A stretch of DNA of 64,000 nt, from positions 5,126,138-5,190,137 of the forward strand of contig CAWAGA010000002.1 of NCBI GenBank assembly GCA_963781665.1, in the 5' to 3' direction. Source of the stretch: an uncultured Chloroflexia bacterium. GTDB taxonomy: Bacteria > Chloroflexota > Anaerolineae > Anaerolineales > Anaerolineaceae. Position numbers and translations under genes: made by a program. The notes beneath the pieces are model-generated. The model ran no database searches. It worked only from the letters and a program-made list of their open reading frames with translations, and was not told the DNA's origin. Below, piece by piece: positions 8,693 to 18,516 of the stretch (its first letter is position 1; the number at the start of each line of letters is the position of its first letter).

Positions 8693-10432
8693 ATGAAGAA
8701 GCACTTGACCCTTCTTTTTAGCAGTGTTTTGCTTTTAACTTCTGCTTGCCAAACGACAAATCTGCCTTTGATAAAGAATGCTTCACCAACACCCCCATTG
8801 CCTTCAACTACGATGGTTCCACCCACAAGAACCGAAGTTCCAAAGACGAATACACCAGCACCCACCACGGTTCCGACATCAGAACCGCTGGTTCTAACCG
8901 ATGAAGCCTTTGTGGCTGATATTCAAGAAACCTGTGAAACGGATGTGCCAATCCTGGGCTTTGAAGATGGTGTATTCTCCCTCGGTGATGGCTCTATCTC
9001 GTTTAGAAGTGGGCAGTTAGCACTGTGGTGTTATGGGGCAAAACATCAATGGATTGGTGAAATTGAATATGCCGGGTATATCTTCGCCAGCAGTGAGGAT
9101 GATCCAGTCCAATTCCAGGTCATCCAGGATTTAGGCTATCAATTTACAGGCGGAATTGGCAGGTTAACCTACCCGGATGGCACACAGGTCGAACTCTACC
9201 GGCCCACCACATTCCCGGGTCAATCGACAGCCTCTGGCTTTGATAATCCAAACTGCCAGACAGACAATGGGAAAGATGGATATGTCCAATTCAGCAGTCC
9301 GAATATCACCCGCGCAGTGCTGGTAGATGGTGTGATCAGTTCTGAAAATGAGTGGGCAAATGCAATTTGCGTGGATATTCGCCACTACGAATGGGGCGAT
9401 TTGCAAAATGGGAAGGCGCTGGACGCTACCTGGTGGGTTCAGAACGACGAAGATTTTATCTATTACCTTGTCCGGGTTACCAATGATACCCCGATAGACG
9501 GAGTGGCTGTGGATTATTTCTGGCCCGAATACACCGGCACCTGGGCCCATAGTGATGGTGTTTATGTCAACATCAGTGGTTTTTATCAGGATCTCGCCAA
9601 TTGGGATGAAAGTAAATGGTACAACGATAGCCAATTAACACCACCTGGCAGCATGAATGTCGTTGCCGCGGCTAGCAGCGACAATTCTTATTACTGGTTT
9701 GAGATCAAGAAAGCCTTGAACAGCGGTGATCGTTATGATTGGGCGGTAGCACCAGGGCAGGTGATCGGATACAATCCTTTGGATTCTTTCCTGTTTGCGC
9801 TCATTTTGGAGCAAGGCATTTTTTTCACGCGCAATCTACAAATAGAATTGGGCGTCAACATTTCGGAATCACGACCTTCAGCCACGCCCAAACCAACCGC
9901 AACTCCTGAAGAATCACTTCAACCGGTAGGCGTACTTAACGCTAATGCCAACCTTCGCAGCGGCCCAGGCGTGGTCTATTCTGTGATCGTGTCACTGACC
10001 AATGGAACAAAAATCACCGCCCTGGAACGCAACCCAGATTCAACCTGGCTCCGGATTGAGGTAGATGCCACCGGGCAGTTGGGCTGGATTTCTAAAACTC
10101 TGGTCACCTATGAGTTCAATGTAGAATCTTTGCCGGTTGCCCAAGTGATTCCCCCTACCCCCACCTTCGCGCCAGTCGAACCCACTAAGCCCGCTGTTCC
10201 TTTGACCTTTGACACTCATATCGCGGTCACCAACAAGTTGAACGTCTCAGTCACCGTTAAGCTCACAGGATCGTATACCACGTCGTTTACCGTTCAACCG
10301 GGGCAGACCATACAGGTTGATGTACCGGCTGGAACTTATGGCTTTTCTGCTTATGCGTATGGCTTTTCTACCTTGACTGGGTCGAAAACCTGGGGTGCTG
10401 GCGAATACACCTGGGAATTCTACGTTTCCTGA
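8693..10432 (+). CDS. Secreted lipoprotein with PT linkers and a bacterial SH3 domain
   Basis: AAGGAGG lies 6 nt before ATG 8693. Lipoprotein signal MKKHLTLLFSSVLLLTSAC. SH3b-like segment ANANLRSGPGVVYSVIVSLTNGTKITALERNPDSTWLRIEVDATGQLGWISKTLV. The central domain is not assigned. Confidence 0.7.
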   Translation: MKKHLTLLFSSVLLLTSACQTTNLPLIKNASPTPPLPSTTMVPPTRTEVPKTNTPAPTTVPTSEPLVLTDEAFVADIQETCETDVPILGFEDGVFSLGDGSISFRSGQLALWCYGAKHQWIGEIEYAGYIFASSEDDPVQFQVIQDLGYQFTGGIGRLTYPDGTQVELYRPTTFPGQSTASGFDNPNCQTDNGKDGYVQFSSPNITRAVLVDGVISSENEWANAICVDIRHYEWGDLQNGKALDATWWVQNDEDFIYYLVRVTNDTPIDGVAVDYFWPEYTGTWAHSDGVYVNISGFYQDLANWDESKWYNDSQLTPPGSMNVVAAASSDNSYYWFEIKKALNSGDRYDWAVAPGQVIGYNPLDSFLFALILEQGIFFTRNLQIELGVNISESRPSATPKPTATPEESLQPVGVLNANANLRSGPGVVYSVIVSLTNGTKITALERNPDSTWLRIEVDATGQLGWISKTLVTYEFNVESLPVAQVIPPTPTFAPVEPTKPAVPLTFDTHIAVTNKLNVSVTVKLTGSYTTSFTVQPGQTIQVDVPAGTYGFSAYAYGFSTLTGSKTWGAGEYTWEFYVS

Positions 10433-10763
10433 CAGGGGAAATATTGCCCACATGCACCTGATTTGATGGCATCAGGTGGATAATCATAGCTGGTGGCATA
10501 ACCGGAGAGCTCCATATAAGGCACTCTTTGAGACGACACCTGCCAGATGTTTGACACTGCATCTCAGCCGGCTCGATTCCAGCGCCGGACGACCGGGAAG
10601 CGTGCCACCCCGCCTACCAGGGCTGCAGCCACAAACAGCAGGATCGGGGTCGTGCAATCGGCAGTGACGATCTCTAGAGATCCATCAACCAGCCGGATAG
10701 TGGCCTCACCTTCACCTGCTTCACAGTATGCAATTCACGTTATAAGCTTAGGACAAGCTCTTT

Positions 10764-13283
10764 TCATTCGAAATCTGGAAACATCTTTAAGAATATATCG
10801 GCGATATGGGGATCAAAGTGGATACCTGCTTGATCGCGGATATATTGGTAAACTTTTTCTTTTGGCCATGCTTTTCGGTAAGGCCGGTCGGAGCTAAGCG
10901 CATCCCAAACATCTACTACGGCGAAAATGCGAGCCGCCAGCGGTATCTGCTCACCTCGCAACCCGCGTGGGTAACCCGTACCGTCCCACTTCTCATGGTG
11001 GCAGTAGGGAATATCCAATGCTCTGCGTAGATAAAGAATAGAGATGAGCAATTCCCGAGCTACCCGCGGATGCTGTCTCATGATCACCCATTCTTCCTCG
11101 GTGAGTGGTCCAGGTTTATGGAGAATAGCATCTGGAACACCGATCTTGCCAATATCATGCAGCAATGCGCCCCGGCGGATATTGGCCTGCTCTTCGGCTC
11201 CTAAGCCTAAGTGAGCTGCCAGTTGCAGGGTCATTTCAGTTGCCCGCTGGGTGTGGCCTTCGGTCTCTTTATCACGCAAATCCATGGCTCGCGACCAACC
11301 TTCGATAGTCTCGTCGTAAGCCATCATGATTTCGAAGTTGGAATCCTGAAGGTTCTCAAAGAGCAGGGCATTATCGATGGCTATAGCTGTTTGACCCGCT
11401 ACCATTTCCAGGAATGAGCGAAAATCCGGGGTTATTTCTAGCGGGCTGCGGTTGAAGATTCCCAACACTCCGCTTACCTGGCCTTTAGCGATCAAAGGTA
11501 TCCCGATAAATGAAACAAAACCCTCGTTCGGTGATATACCCGATCTTCGCAGTTCAGGTAAGTTGCTCATAAGGTTATGGACTTCGACGATCTGCTTCTC
11601 ACGTAAAACTCGCGAGGCAAGTCCGTTTCCGAATCCAATGGTACTATTCAGAAGCCTCGGAACACGAAAACCCTGCTCGGCAGCGAATTTGAATTTTTTT
11701 AATATAGGATCGACAACCAGGATATCGGCAGCATCTATACCCAGGTTTGCGATCGCCTGGTCTAAAACGACCCCTAGAGTGAAATGCATATCCATGCTGC
11801 TTGCAATCGCAATATCAATTTTGTGCAAAGCAGATAATTGCGCAAGCCTGCGATTTAGTTCGTGGTTGAGAAGGCCGCTCTCAAGAATCAAAGCTGCTCG
11901 TTCGGCAAAAATAGTCAACAGGCGTTCATCATCCCGCGTGAAGGTGTTCGGCTCAGTACTTTGCAGATCGATCAGACCGATCACATGATCGCCAGCCTTG
12001 AGCGGGATGGATAATTCTGACCGTGCGAGGTCCCAGTAAGGGGGATACTTCGGATCAACGCGAACGTCGGGGGTAATTATAACCAGACCGGACCGGACCG
12101 CATTCGATATTTGGCTTGCACCGTCTACGGTTAGGGATGTATTTCTCGCTTTTGCGGAATTTAAGCCTTCAGCTGCCAGATAGTCGAGATGGTTTCCATC
12201 CTTCCCGATCACAAACACACTGCAGTCGGTCTGGCTGAAATCCTGCCGGATTACCTCAACGATAGTCTTTGCTAAGGTTTGCGCATCGAACGGTATGGAG
12301 GAAAGCAGCGCTCCGGTGGCGAGGTACAAACGGTCGAGCTCTACAATCCGCAATCGCAGCTCTTCAGCCTGGTTCGCCAGGGACTCCTGCGCCTGCCTGG
12401 TAGCGGTAATATCCCGGGAGATGCCAAATGTTCCGGAAATTTCCCCCTTTTCATCTCGCAGGGGCATCTTGGTTGACGATGTCCAGGTATCGCCACGACC
12501 AGGCCAGGTTTCCTTTTCTACCACACCAATCATAGGTTGGCCGGTTTGGATAATCTTTTGTTCATCCTCGAACGTTGTTTGGGCGTGTTCACGTGTGAAA
12601 AAGTCAAAATCTGTCTTGCCGATGGCATCCCCGGGATTGCTCAGACCAAATGCCAGGGCCAGCGCCTTTGAGATTCTTATAAACCGGCTTTGGTTGTCTT
12701 TGAAGTAGATAAAGTCCGGGATAGTATCCAACAATGTGTCGATCAGATACCGTTCCCTGTCCAATGCTCTTTCGATCCGGACACGTTCGGTAATATCGCG
12801 AATGTTGCATTGGATCACGTCACGGTGATCCACCTTGTATACATTACTGACGAATTCCACCTCAAACCGCTTGCCACCTCTTGATACTAAAGGTAAATTC
12901 TCATAACGGACGTATTTGTTCTTTTGTAAATCCCGAAATTTATCTTCATTCTCAGCAATATCATGGAAGGAACCCAGGTCCCAAATCTTCATTCCAACCA
13001 ATTCCTCGAATGAAAAGCCTAACATCTCGATCATAAAAGGGTTTACGTCCTCGATCTGGCCAGTCTCTGTGTCGAGAATTAAGATACCATCCCGGGCCGC
13101 CTCGAAAAGCCGGCGGTAGCGGCTCTCCGAAGCGATCAGCTTGTCATCATCCCGTTTGTGCAGGGTGATATCGCTCCCATACCAGTTCACATAACCTGCA
13201 TCCACAATGGGAGCGAGGATGAAATTGAAAATTCGCTCGCCGCAAGTAATTACCACTTCTTTATGTTGTCCCGTACCAATCAC
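10764..13283 (-). CDS. PAS-PAS-GAF-GAF-HD-GYP signalling protein (C-terminal part of a split sensor)
   Basis: 839-aa ORF with a GTG start. HD-GYP signature HDIGKIGVPDAILHKPGPLTEEEW...HHEKWDGTGYPRGL. PAS and GAF regions lie upstream. It is in frame with 13320..14756 across a single TAA. Confidence 0.85.
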   Translation of the reverse strand: MIGTGQHKEVVITCGERIFNFILAPIVDAGYVNWYGSDITLHKRDDDKLIASESRYRRLFEAARDGILILDTETGQIEDVNPFMIEMLGFSFEELVGMKIWDLGSFHDIAENEDKFRDLQKNKYVRYENLPLVSRGGKRFEVEFVSNVYKVDHRDVIQCNIRDITERVRIERALDRERYLIDTLLDTIPDFIYFKDNQSRFIRISKALALAFGLSNPGDAIGKTDFDFFTREHAQTTFEDEQKIIQTGQPMIGVVEKETWPGRGDTWTSSTKMPLRDEKGEISGTFGISRDITATRQAQESLANQAEELRLRIVELDRLYLATGALLSSIPFDAQTLAKTIVEVIRQDFSQTDCSVFVIGKDGNHLDYLAAEGLNSAKARNTSLTVDGASQISNAVRSGLVIITPDVRVDPKYPPYWDLARSELSIPLKAGDHVIGLIDLQSTEPNTFTRDDERLLTIFAERAALILESGLLNHELNRRLAQLSALHKIDIAIASSMDMHFTLGVVLDQAIANLGIDAADILVVDPILKKFKFAAEQGFRVPRLLNSTIGFGNGLASRVLREKQIVEVHNLMSNLPELRRSGISPNEGFVSFIGIPLIAKGQVSGVLGIFNRSPLEITPDFRSFLEMVAGQTAIAIDNALLFENLQDSNFEIMMAYDETIEGWSRAMDLRDKETEGHTQRATEMTLQLAAHLGLGAEEQANIRRGALLHDIGKIGVPDAILHKPGPLTEEEWVIMRQHPRVARELLISILYLRRALDIPYCHHEKWDGTGYPRGLRGEQIPLAARIFAVVDVWDALSSDRPYRKAWPKEKVYQYIRDQAGIHFDPHIADIFLKMFPDFE

Positions 13284-13319
13284 TTCTGCAATCCAGGTCT
13301 GCCATTCGACCGGGAGGGT

Positions 13320-14756
13320 TTAACCAATGTCGATATTCCACATATCTAATATCGGCTTGCTCGATTTGTTGGCATAAAGAAGCTTGCAGTCTGCGGAATT
13401 TCGCATTACCGGGAACGGATTTTCCTCCGGGAATTTGGAAAGATTCTGGATCTGCCTTTTGTTCTGTAAACGCTCGGTGAGGTCAATGGTGACCCCGACA
13501 GTGCCTGTAACCTCGCCCTCAGAATCTATGATGGGATTTTCTACCAGGTGAGCTAGAAACAAATCCCCGTCCTTGCGGTGTACATTTATATCCCCCTCCC
13601 ATTTCCCCGTTATTTGAATCTGTTCAAACATCTCCTCGCCAAACTCATTGCTCACTTGAGGAGCTATCACGTCAAGGATGAATTTGCCGACGACTTCTTC
13701 GGCTTTCCATTGGTAAAGGGTTTCGGCAAATTTGTTCCAGTATATAATCTTCCATTCCAAATCAGTCGCGATGACTGCGTTTCGTGCCTGGTCTAGAATC
13801 GATGCCTGAAATGCAATTCGCTCTTTCGAATTGAGCAAATCTTCTAGAGTTTGATGCCATGTGGAAACATCCCGAAAAATAGCGATTGCCCCAGACAAAA
13901 TACCTTCTTCATTCGTTATAGGCGATGCGGTCACCGAAAGCCACTTGATTTCGCCATTGTGAGTGGTCAATCCATATTCTGCAGAAGTGATCACCCGCTT
14001 TTCTTTCAAAACCAGTGCCAGAGGCAGCTGTTCCACAGGAAACAATTGAAGATTTGCATCTACCGGAGTCAACTTATCCGAAAAATGATACTTTCCGGCT
14101 GTCACATCCCTTTGAATTTCGAGTAATTGTTCAGCGGCCGGGTTGGCATATGTAATTTCCCCTGATAAATCTACGACAACCACCCCATCTGTCAAGGATT
14201 GGAGCAATAAGTTCATCTGATAATCAAACTCTTTCCGCGTTTGTTCAGCCCATTTACGCGTTGAAATATCGGTTACCACAACGGTGATACCTTCAAAATC
14301 ACCGGTAGTCAAAAGATGAGCTGATAATTGTACGGGAGTTCTGTTACCTGTTCCAGATTGAAGTCCAAATTCTCCCCTGGCAATGTCCTTACTCGCGTTT
14401 TTTACTAAAGTTGCCAAGGCATCGGTCTCTTCTGGGGAAAACAAATCGTAAAACGAAGAGCCAATCAGTTGTTCGGGCGTAGATTGAATAATTTCAGCGA
14501 AACGCGAATTGTAGAAAAAAATTGTTCCGTCTGAATTTAAGGTCACCACGCCCCCACCGATCGAATCGAATAGAATATCGTAAGGAAAATCTGCCCGTTT
14601 CAACTCCACCTTCTGCATTTTCTTGGGTTGGCCGACGGCAGAAGCATCCACATCACCGCTTTGCTCACGCAAGTTTTTTTCTGCCTCTGCCAGACGGCTT
14701 CGCAGGTCCTCAACCTCTTTTAATAATTCCTGGCATGATTTTGGTTTTTCGGTCAT
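13320..14756 (-). CDS. Multi-PAS sensor module (N-terminal part of the same split sensor)
   Basis: 478-aa ORF with a coiled-coil N-terminus and 3-4 PAS-like repeats (e.g. TDISTRKWAEQ, FRDVSTWHQ, IDLTERLQ boundaries). It has no output domain of its own. Its last PAS fold is cut by the TAA at 13322-13320. Confidence 0.8.
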   Translation of the reverse strand: MTEKPKSCQELLKEVEDLRSRLAEAEKNLREQSGDVDASAVGQPKKMQKVELKRADFPYDILFDSIGGGVVTLNSDGTIFFYNSRFAEIIQSTPEQLIGSSFYDLFSPEETDALATLVKNASKDIARGEFGLQSGTGNRTPVQLSAHLLTTGDFEGITVVVTDISTRKWAEQTRKEFDYQMNLLLQSLTDGVVVVDLSGEITYANPAAEQLLEIQRDVTAGKYHFSDKLTPVDANLQLFPVEQLPLALVLKEKRVITSAEYGLTTHNGEIKWLSVTASPITNEEGILSGAIAIFRDVSTWHQTLEDLLNSKERIAFQASILDQARNAVIATDLEWKIIYWNKFAETLYQWKAEEVVGKFILDVIAPQVSNEFGEEMFEQIQITGKWEGDINVHRKDGDLFLAHLVENPIIDSEGEVTGTVGVTIDLTERLQNKRQIQNLSKFPEENPFPVMRNSADCKLLYANKSSKPILDMWNIDIG

Positions 14757-15460
14757 GGCCCATCCCCTACCTGATATATAGAAAGTGCTTCTGAATTATT
14801 AACATTATTTCATGGTTTCACACGAAAATCAAGCCCGACCACTCTGCTGTGGATATTTATGAGATCGTCATGGGTTTCTTGATCGTCCCTTGCATTGTTC
14901 GATACAAAATACTAGCATTGCAAGATAGAAGCCAGGTTCACTTAAATGACTGTTTTTATAGATCAGAAATTCAACAGCGAAGAGTGTTCCCGAACCAGCA
15001 GTGGCGTACACCAAAATCAGGCAATCCTTGATTAATCGCGTTGAGTTTTATTTTTTTATCATCGATCCGATTAACCAATGGAAAGGACGTCAAGATGTCG
15101 CCAGTCGCCAGCCAGGTAGCAAACTCATCCCCATTAATCCGGGAAGTGATTTGCCCGGCCTGGCCATTACTACAATTATATACACGATTCGTTTATTAAT
15201 TTTATCCGCCGTCGAATGGCCAGATTGATGTTCAGTCTTCTGCGCCATCCGGAATAAATGCCAATCAAGGGTGACCGGTACCGTTTATTCATCTGGCAGA
15301 AGTGCTGTCGAACTGGCCGAAGGAGAACTGATGACAGATTTCGGAAAAACAATTGAATCTCAACCATTCGTTCATCCAAGTTCCTTTCATCTTTTATTGC
15401 ACATTCCCAGAAAAATCGCTAAACTATAAGCACCAGCTTGTTTAGGAGAGGAGTAATTGT

Positions 15461-17968
15461 ATGCAGGACTATGAAAAATTAGGTGTGTTTTACCTGGGAA
15501 AAGAATATGATCTGGACACCAGGAAGGTTAAAGACGACCTTCTTTTATATGACTCGAAAGACCTGGTCACCCATGCTGTCGTTTTGGGCATGACTGGGTC
15601 AGGAAAGACAGGCCTTTGTATCAGCCTTATTGAAGAGGCTGCTATTGACGGCATTCCTTCTATCCTCATCGACCCCAAAGGGGACCTTTGTGACCTGTTG
15701 TTGACCTTCCCTGACCTGCATGCGTCTGATTTCTTACCCTGGATCAACCGGGATGAAGCACGCCAGAAAGGATTATCTGCGGAGGATTATGCCGCCAAAC
15801 AAGCTCAATTCTGGGCCAATGGCCTGAGCCAATGGGGTGAAAGCGGCGAACGCATTCAACGTTTGCGCAATGCGGCTGATTTCCGCATCTATACCCCCGC
15901 CTCTGGCGCCGGAATCCCTGTTTCAATCCTCAAATCCTTTGCTGCCCCGTCCCCGGAAGTGGTCGACGATGCAGAGGCGATGCGCGAACGCATCGCTACC
16001 ACCGTTACCAGCCTGTTGGGATTGGTAGGCATCGAAGCTGATCCTGTGCAAAGCCGTGAGTTTATTTTGCTTTCGACCATCATCGACTACCTTTGGCGAC
16101 AAGGCAATGACTTTGACCTAGCACAATTGATTACCCAGGTACAAAGCCCACCCGTCAGCAAGATTGGTGTGCTTGACCTGGAATCCTTCTATCCCTCGAA
16201 AGACCGTTTTGCCCTGGTGATGGCTTTAAATAACCTGCTTGCATCACCGGGGTTCAACGCCTGGTTGGAAGGCGAGCCTTTGGACATCGGTTCCATTCTT
16301 TACACTCCCTCAGGCAAACCACGCGTGGCTATATTCTCTATAGCCCATTTGAACGATGCCCAACGCATGTTTTTTGTCTCACTGCTGCTCAACCAGGTGC
16401 TCGGCTGGATGCGCACCCAACCTGGAACGACCAGCCTGCGTGCCTTGCTCTACATTGATGAGATCTTCGGCTACTTGCCTCCAATGAGCAACCCGCCATC
16501 GAAGATTCCATTATTGACCCTGCTCAAACAAGCACGCGCTTTTGGATTAGGCCTTGTTCTGGCAACGCAAAATCCGGTTGACCTGGATTACAAGGCCCTT
16601 TCTAATGCAGGAACGTGGTTCATTGGTCGTTTACAGACCGAGCGCGACAAAGCGCGCGTGCTCGATGGTCTGGAAGGAGCGGCAGCTGCTACTGGCTCCT
16701 CATTTGCACGTCAGGATTTCGATCGCATTATCTCGGGGTTGGGTTCTCGGGTATTCCTTTTAAATAATACTCACGAAGATGCACCCGTTGTGATGTCCAC
16801 TCGCTGGGTACTTTCTTACCTGCCAGGTCCTCTAACACGAGAGCAGATTCGCACCCTCATGGGTCCATATAAACAAACCAGCATGCCTGCCCCACAACCA
16901 ACATCTGCTGTGCCAGTATCAGCACCGGTATCTTTAACCCCGGTAACGCCGGTAGCCAGTGTGTACGAGACTCCTCAATCTACAGCTATCAATTCAATGC
17001 AGACCGAACTCACCCCAACCCTATCACCTGATATTCCCCAGTTCTATTTACCGATTCGGGGTCGTGCTTCAGCCGGAATGGCAATAGTCTACCAACCCCG
17101 CATCCTGGGAGCGGCGCGGGTTGCATTTGCAGATGTGAAATCACGGGTCAGTGCTGCCAGGGCATTACAGTTCCTGACAGAAATATCGGATGAGGCCATC
17201 CCAGTAGACTGGGAGAAAGCCGTACCTCTAGAAACGGCTGTCAATGACCTCGAAAAACGTCCTGCAGATACTGCCACAGGAAGTGTCAAGTTTGCATCCT
17301 TACCGAGAGCAGCGGGATTGGTAAAAAACTATACTGCCTGGACCCGAGGCTTTTCTACCTGGTTGTATGGATCACAAACCCTTGATCTCCTTTATAGTCC
17401 CAGCTTGAAGATTTACTCCAAAGTCGACGAAGCAGAACGTGATTTTCGTATCCGCCTGGGGCAAAATGCACGAGAGCTACGCGATGACTCGGTTGACAAG
17501 CTGCGGAAAAAATATGCTCCCAAACTGGCTACGCTGCAAGAGCGCTTGCGAGTCGCCCAACAGGCTGTAGAAAGAGAAAAGCAGCAGGCTAAACAGGCTG
17601 GAGCGCAGACCGCGATTTCAATCGGAGCGACCCTTTTAAGCGCTTTCACTGGACGGAAAATTACATCTGCCAGCAGTCTCGGTCGAGCTACAACTGCAAT
17701 GAGAGGTGTCAGCCGTTCGGTAAGTGCAAACCAGGATATTGGCCGTGCTCAGGATACCGTTGAAGCCGTTCAAAAAGAAATCAATGATTTGACTGCCCAA
17801 TTCAATACAGAATCGGCTGAACTGGCGTCTCGCATCGACCCAACCACTGAAGGGCTAGATACGATAACCATCAAACCCAAAAAAGCGGATATTGTCGTTC
17901 AGCTCGTGGCTATGGCCTGGGCACCCTTCTGGCAGGACGAAACCGGCAGCATCAAGCCTGCCTGGTAA
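15461..17968 (+). CDS. HerA/FtsK-superfamily P-loop ATPase (DUF87/DUF853-like) with ~350-aa C-terminal coiled-coil extension
   Basis: 835-aa ORF with an AGGAGAGGAG RBS. Walker A GMTGSGKTG followed by ILIDPKGDL. Walker B LLYIDEIFGYLPP. LVLATQNPVDLDYKALSNAGTWFIGRLQTERDK. The C-terminal region is coiled coil (KLATLQERLRVAQQAVEREKQQAKQ). Confidence 0.75.
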   Translation: MQDYEKLGVFYLGKEYDLDTRKVKDDLLLYDSKDLVTHAVVLGMTGSGKTGLCISLIEEAAIDGIPSILIDPKGDLCDLLLTFPDLHASDFLPWINRDEARQKGLSAEDYAAKQAQFWANGLSQWGESGERIQRLRNAADFRIYTPASGAGIPVSILKSFAAPSPEVVDDAEAMRERIATTVTSLLGLVGIEADPVQSREFILLSTIIDYLWRQGNDFDLAQLITQVQSPPVSKIGVLDLESFYPSKDRFALVMALNNLLASPGFNAWLEGEPLDIGSILYTPSGKPRVAIFSIAHLNDAQRMFFVSLLLNQVLGWMRTQPGTTSLRALLYIDEIFGYLPPMSNPPSKIPLLTLLKQARAFGLGLVLATQNPVDLDYKALSNAGTWFIGRLQTERDKARVLDGLEGAAAATGSSFARQDFDRIISGLGSRVFLLNNTHEDAPVVMSTRWVLSYLPGPLTREQIRTLMGPYKQTSMPAPQPTSAVPVSAPVSLTPVTPVASVYETPQSTAINSMQTELTPTLSPDIPQFYLPIRGRASAGMAIVYQPRILGAARVAFADVKSRVSAARALQFLTEISDEAIPVDWEKAVPLETAVNDLEKRPADTATGSVKFASLPRAAGLVKNYTAWTRGFSTWLYGSQTLDLLYSPSLKIYSKVDEAERDFRIRLGQNARELRDDSVDKLRKKYAPKLATLQERLRVAQQAVEREKQQAKQAGAQTAISIGATLLSAFTGRKITSASSLGRATTAMRGVSRSVSANQDIGRAQDTVEAVQKEINDLTAQFNTESAELASRIDPTTEGLDTITIKPKKADIVVQLVAMAWAPFWQDETGSIKPAW

Positions 17969-18009
17969 TAAATTTGCGCTTGTCTTCTTCCAAAAAGAAA
18001 GGATCTTAT

Positions 18010-18429
18010 ATGAGTACCTACGATGAAATCCTCGAGAAACTTGGCGTACATGTTAACCCCAACAAGGGCCGAGATATCGGCCGCCCTCCTGTTCGCGCTG
18101 AACGACCTGGTCCTGGCCTCAATCCAATCCCCCAGGCTGGTGCTGGAGTATCTCCTGCTCCAATTCCGGTGGTGGATGTTATAAGCAAACTCGAAAAGCT
18201 TGCTGCTGCCCGTTCTGACAAGCTGGATTGGAAAAAATCGATCGCCGATCTTCTTCAGCTGCTGGGCATTGATAACAGTTATGAAGCACGCAAGGGGCTT
18301 GCCCTGGAATTGGGTTGCCCTGCGGAAAAAATGGGAGATTCTTACCAAATGAACATGTGGCTGCACAAGACAGTACTCCAGAAAATCGCTGAGCAGGGCG
18401 GAAATATCCCGAAGGAACTTCTTAGCTAA
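18010..18429 (+). CDS. DUF3597 family protein
   Basis: MSTYDEILEKLG... followed by a Pro/Ala-rich linker, then VDVISKLEKLAAARSDKLDWKKSIADLLQLLGIDNSYEARKGLALELGC...MNMWLHKTVLQKIAEQGGNIPKELL. This matches my recollection of the DUF3597 consensus. It starts 42 nt after the ATPase stop. Confidence 0.7.
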   Translation: MSTYDEILEKLGVHVNPNKGRDIGRPPVRAERPGPGLNPIPQAGAGVSPAPIPVVDVISKLEKLAAARSDKLDWKKSIADLLQLLGIDNSYEARKGLALELGCPAEKMGDSYQMNMWLHKTVLQKIAEQGGNIPKELLS

Positions 18430-18516
18430 GGCTGTGCGGCAACGTTGTAACAAACATTATGTGCGGCCTGGGTGCTGAGTATCATATTATTCTTTAGAGG
18501 TGGGTGAATGCGCCTT

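Noticed and set aside
13320-13322. Stop-codon reassignment or alternative genetic code as an explanation for the in-frame TAA (and the TAG at 2625).
   Set aside because: TAA, TAG and TGA all terminate clearly conserved genes at their expected C-termini elsewhere in the window (for example comM TAA, ftsZ TGA, glmS TAG). The standard code fits.
14757-15460. Short ORFs (60-75 aa) in the AT-rich spacer upstream of the ATPase gene, as possible small genes or a regulatory RNA.
   Set aside because: They have no RBS, no conserved motifs and low-complexity products. The only protein-like reading is a startless minus-strand fragment. I could draw no convincing RNA structure.
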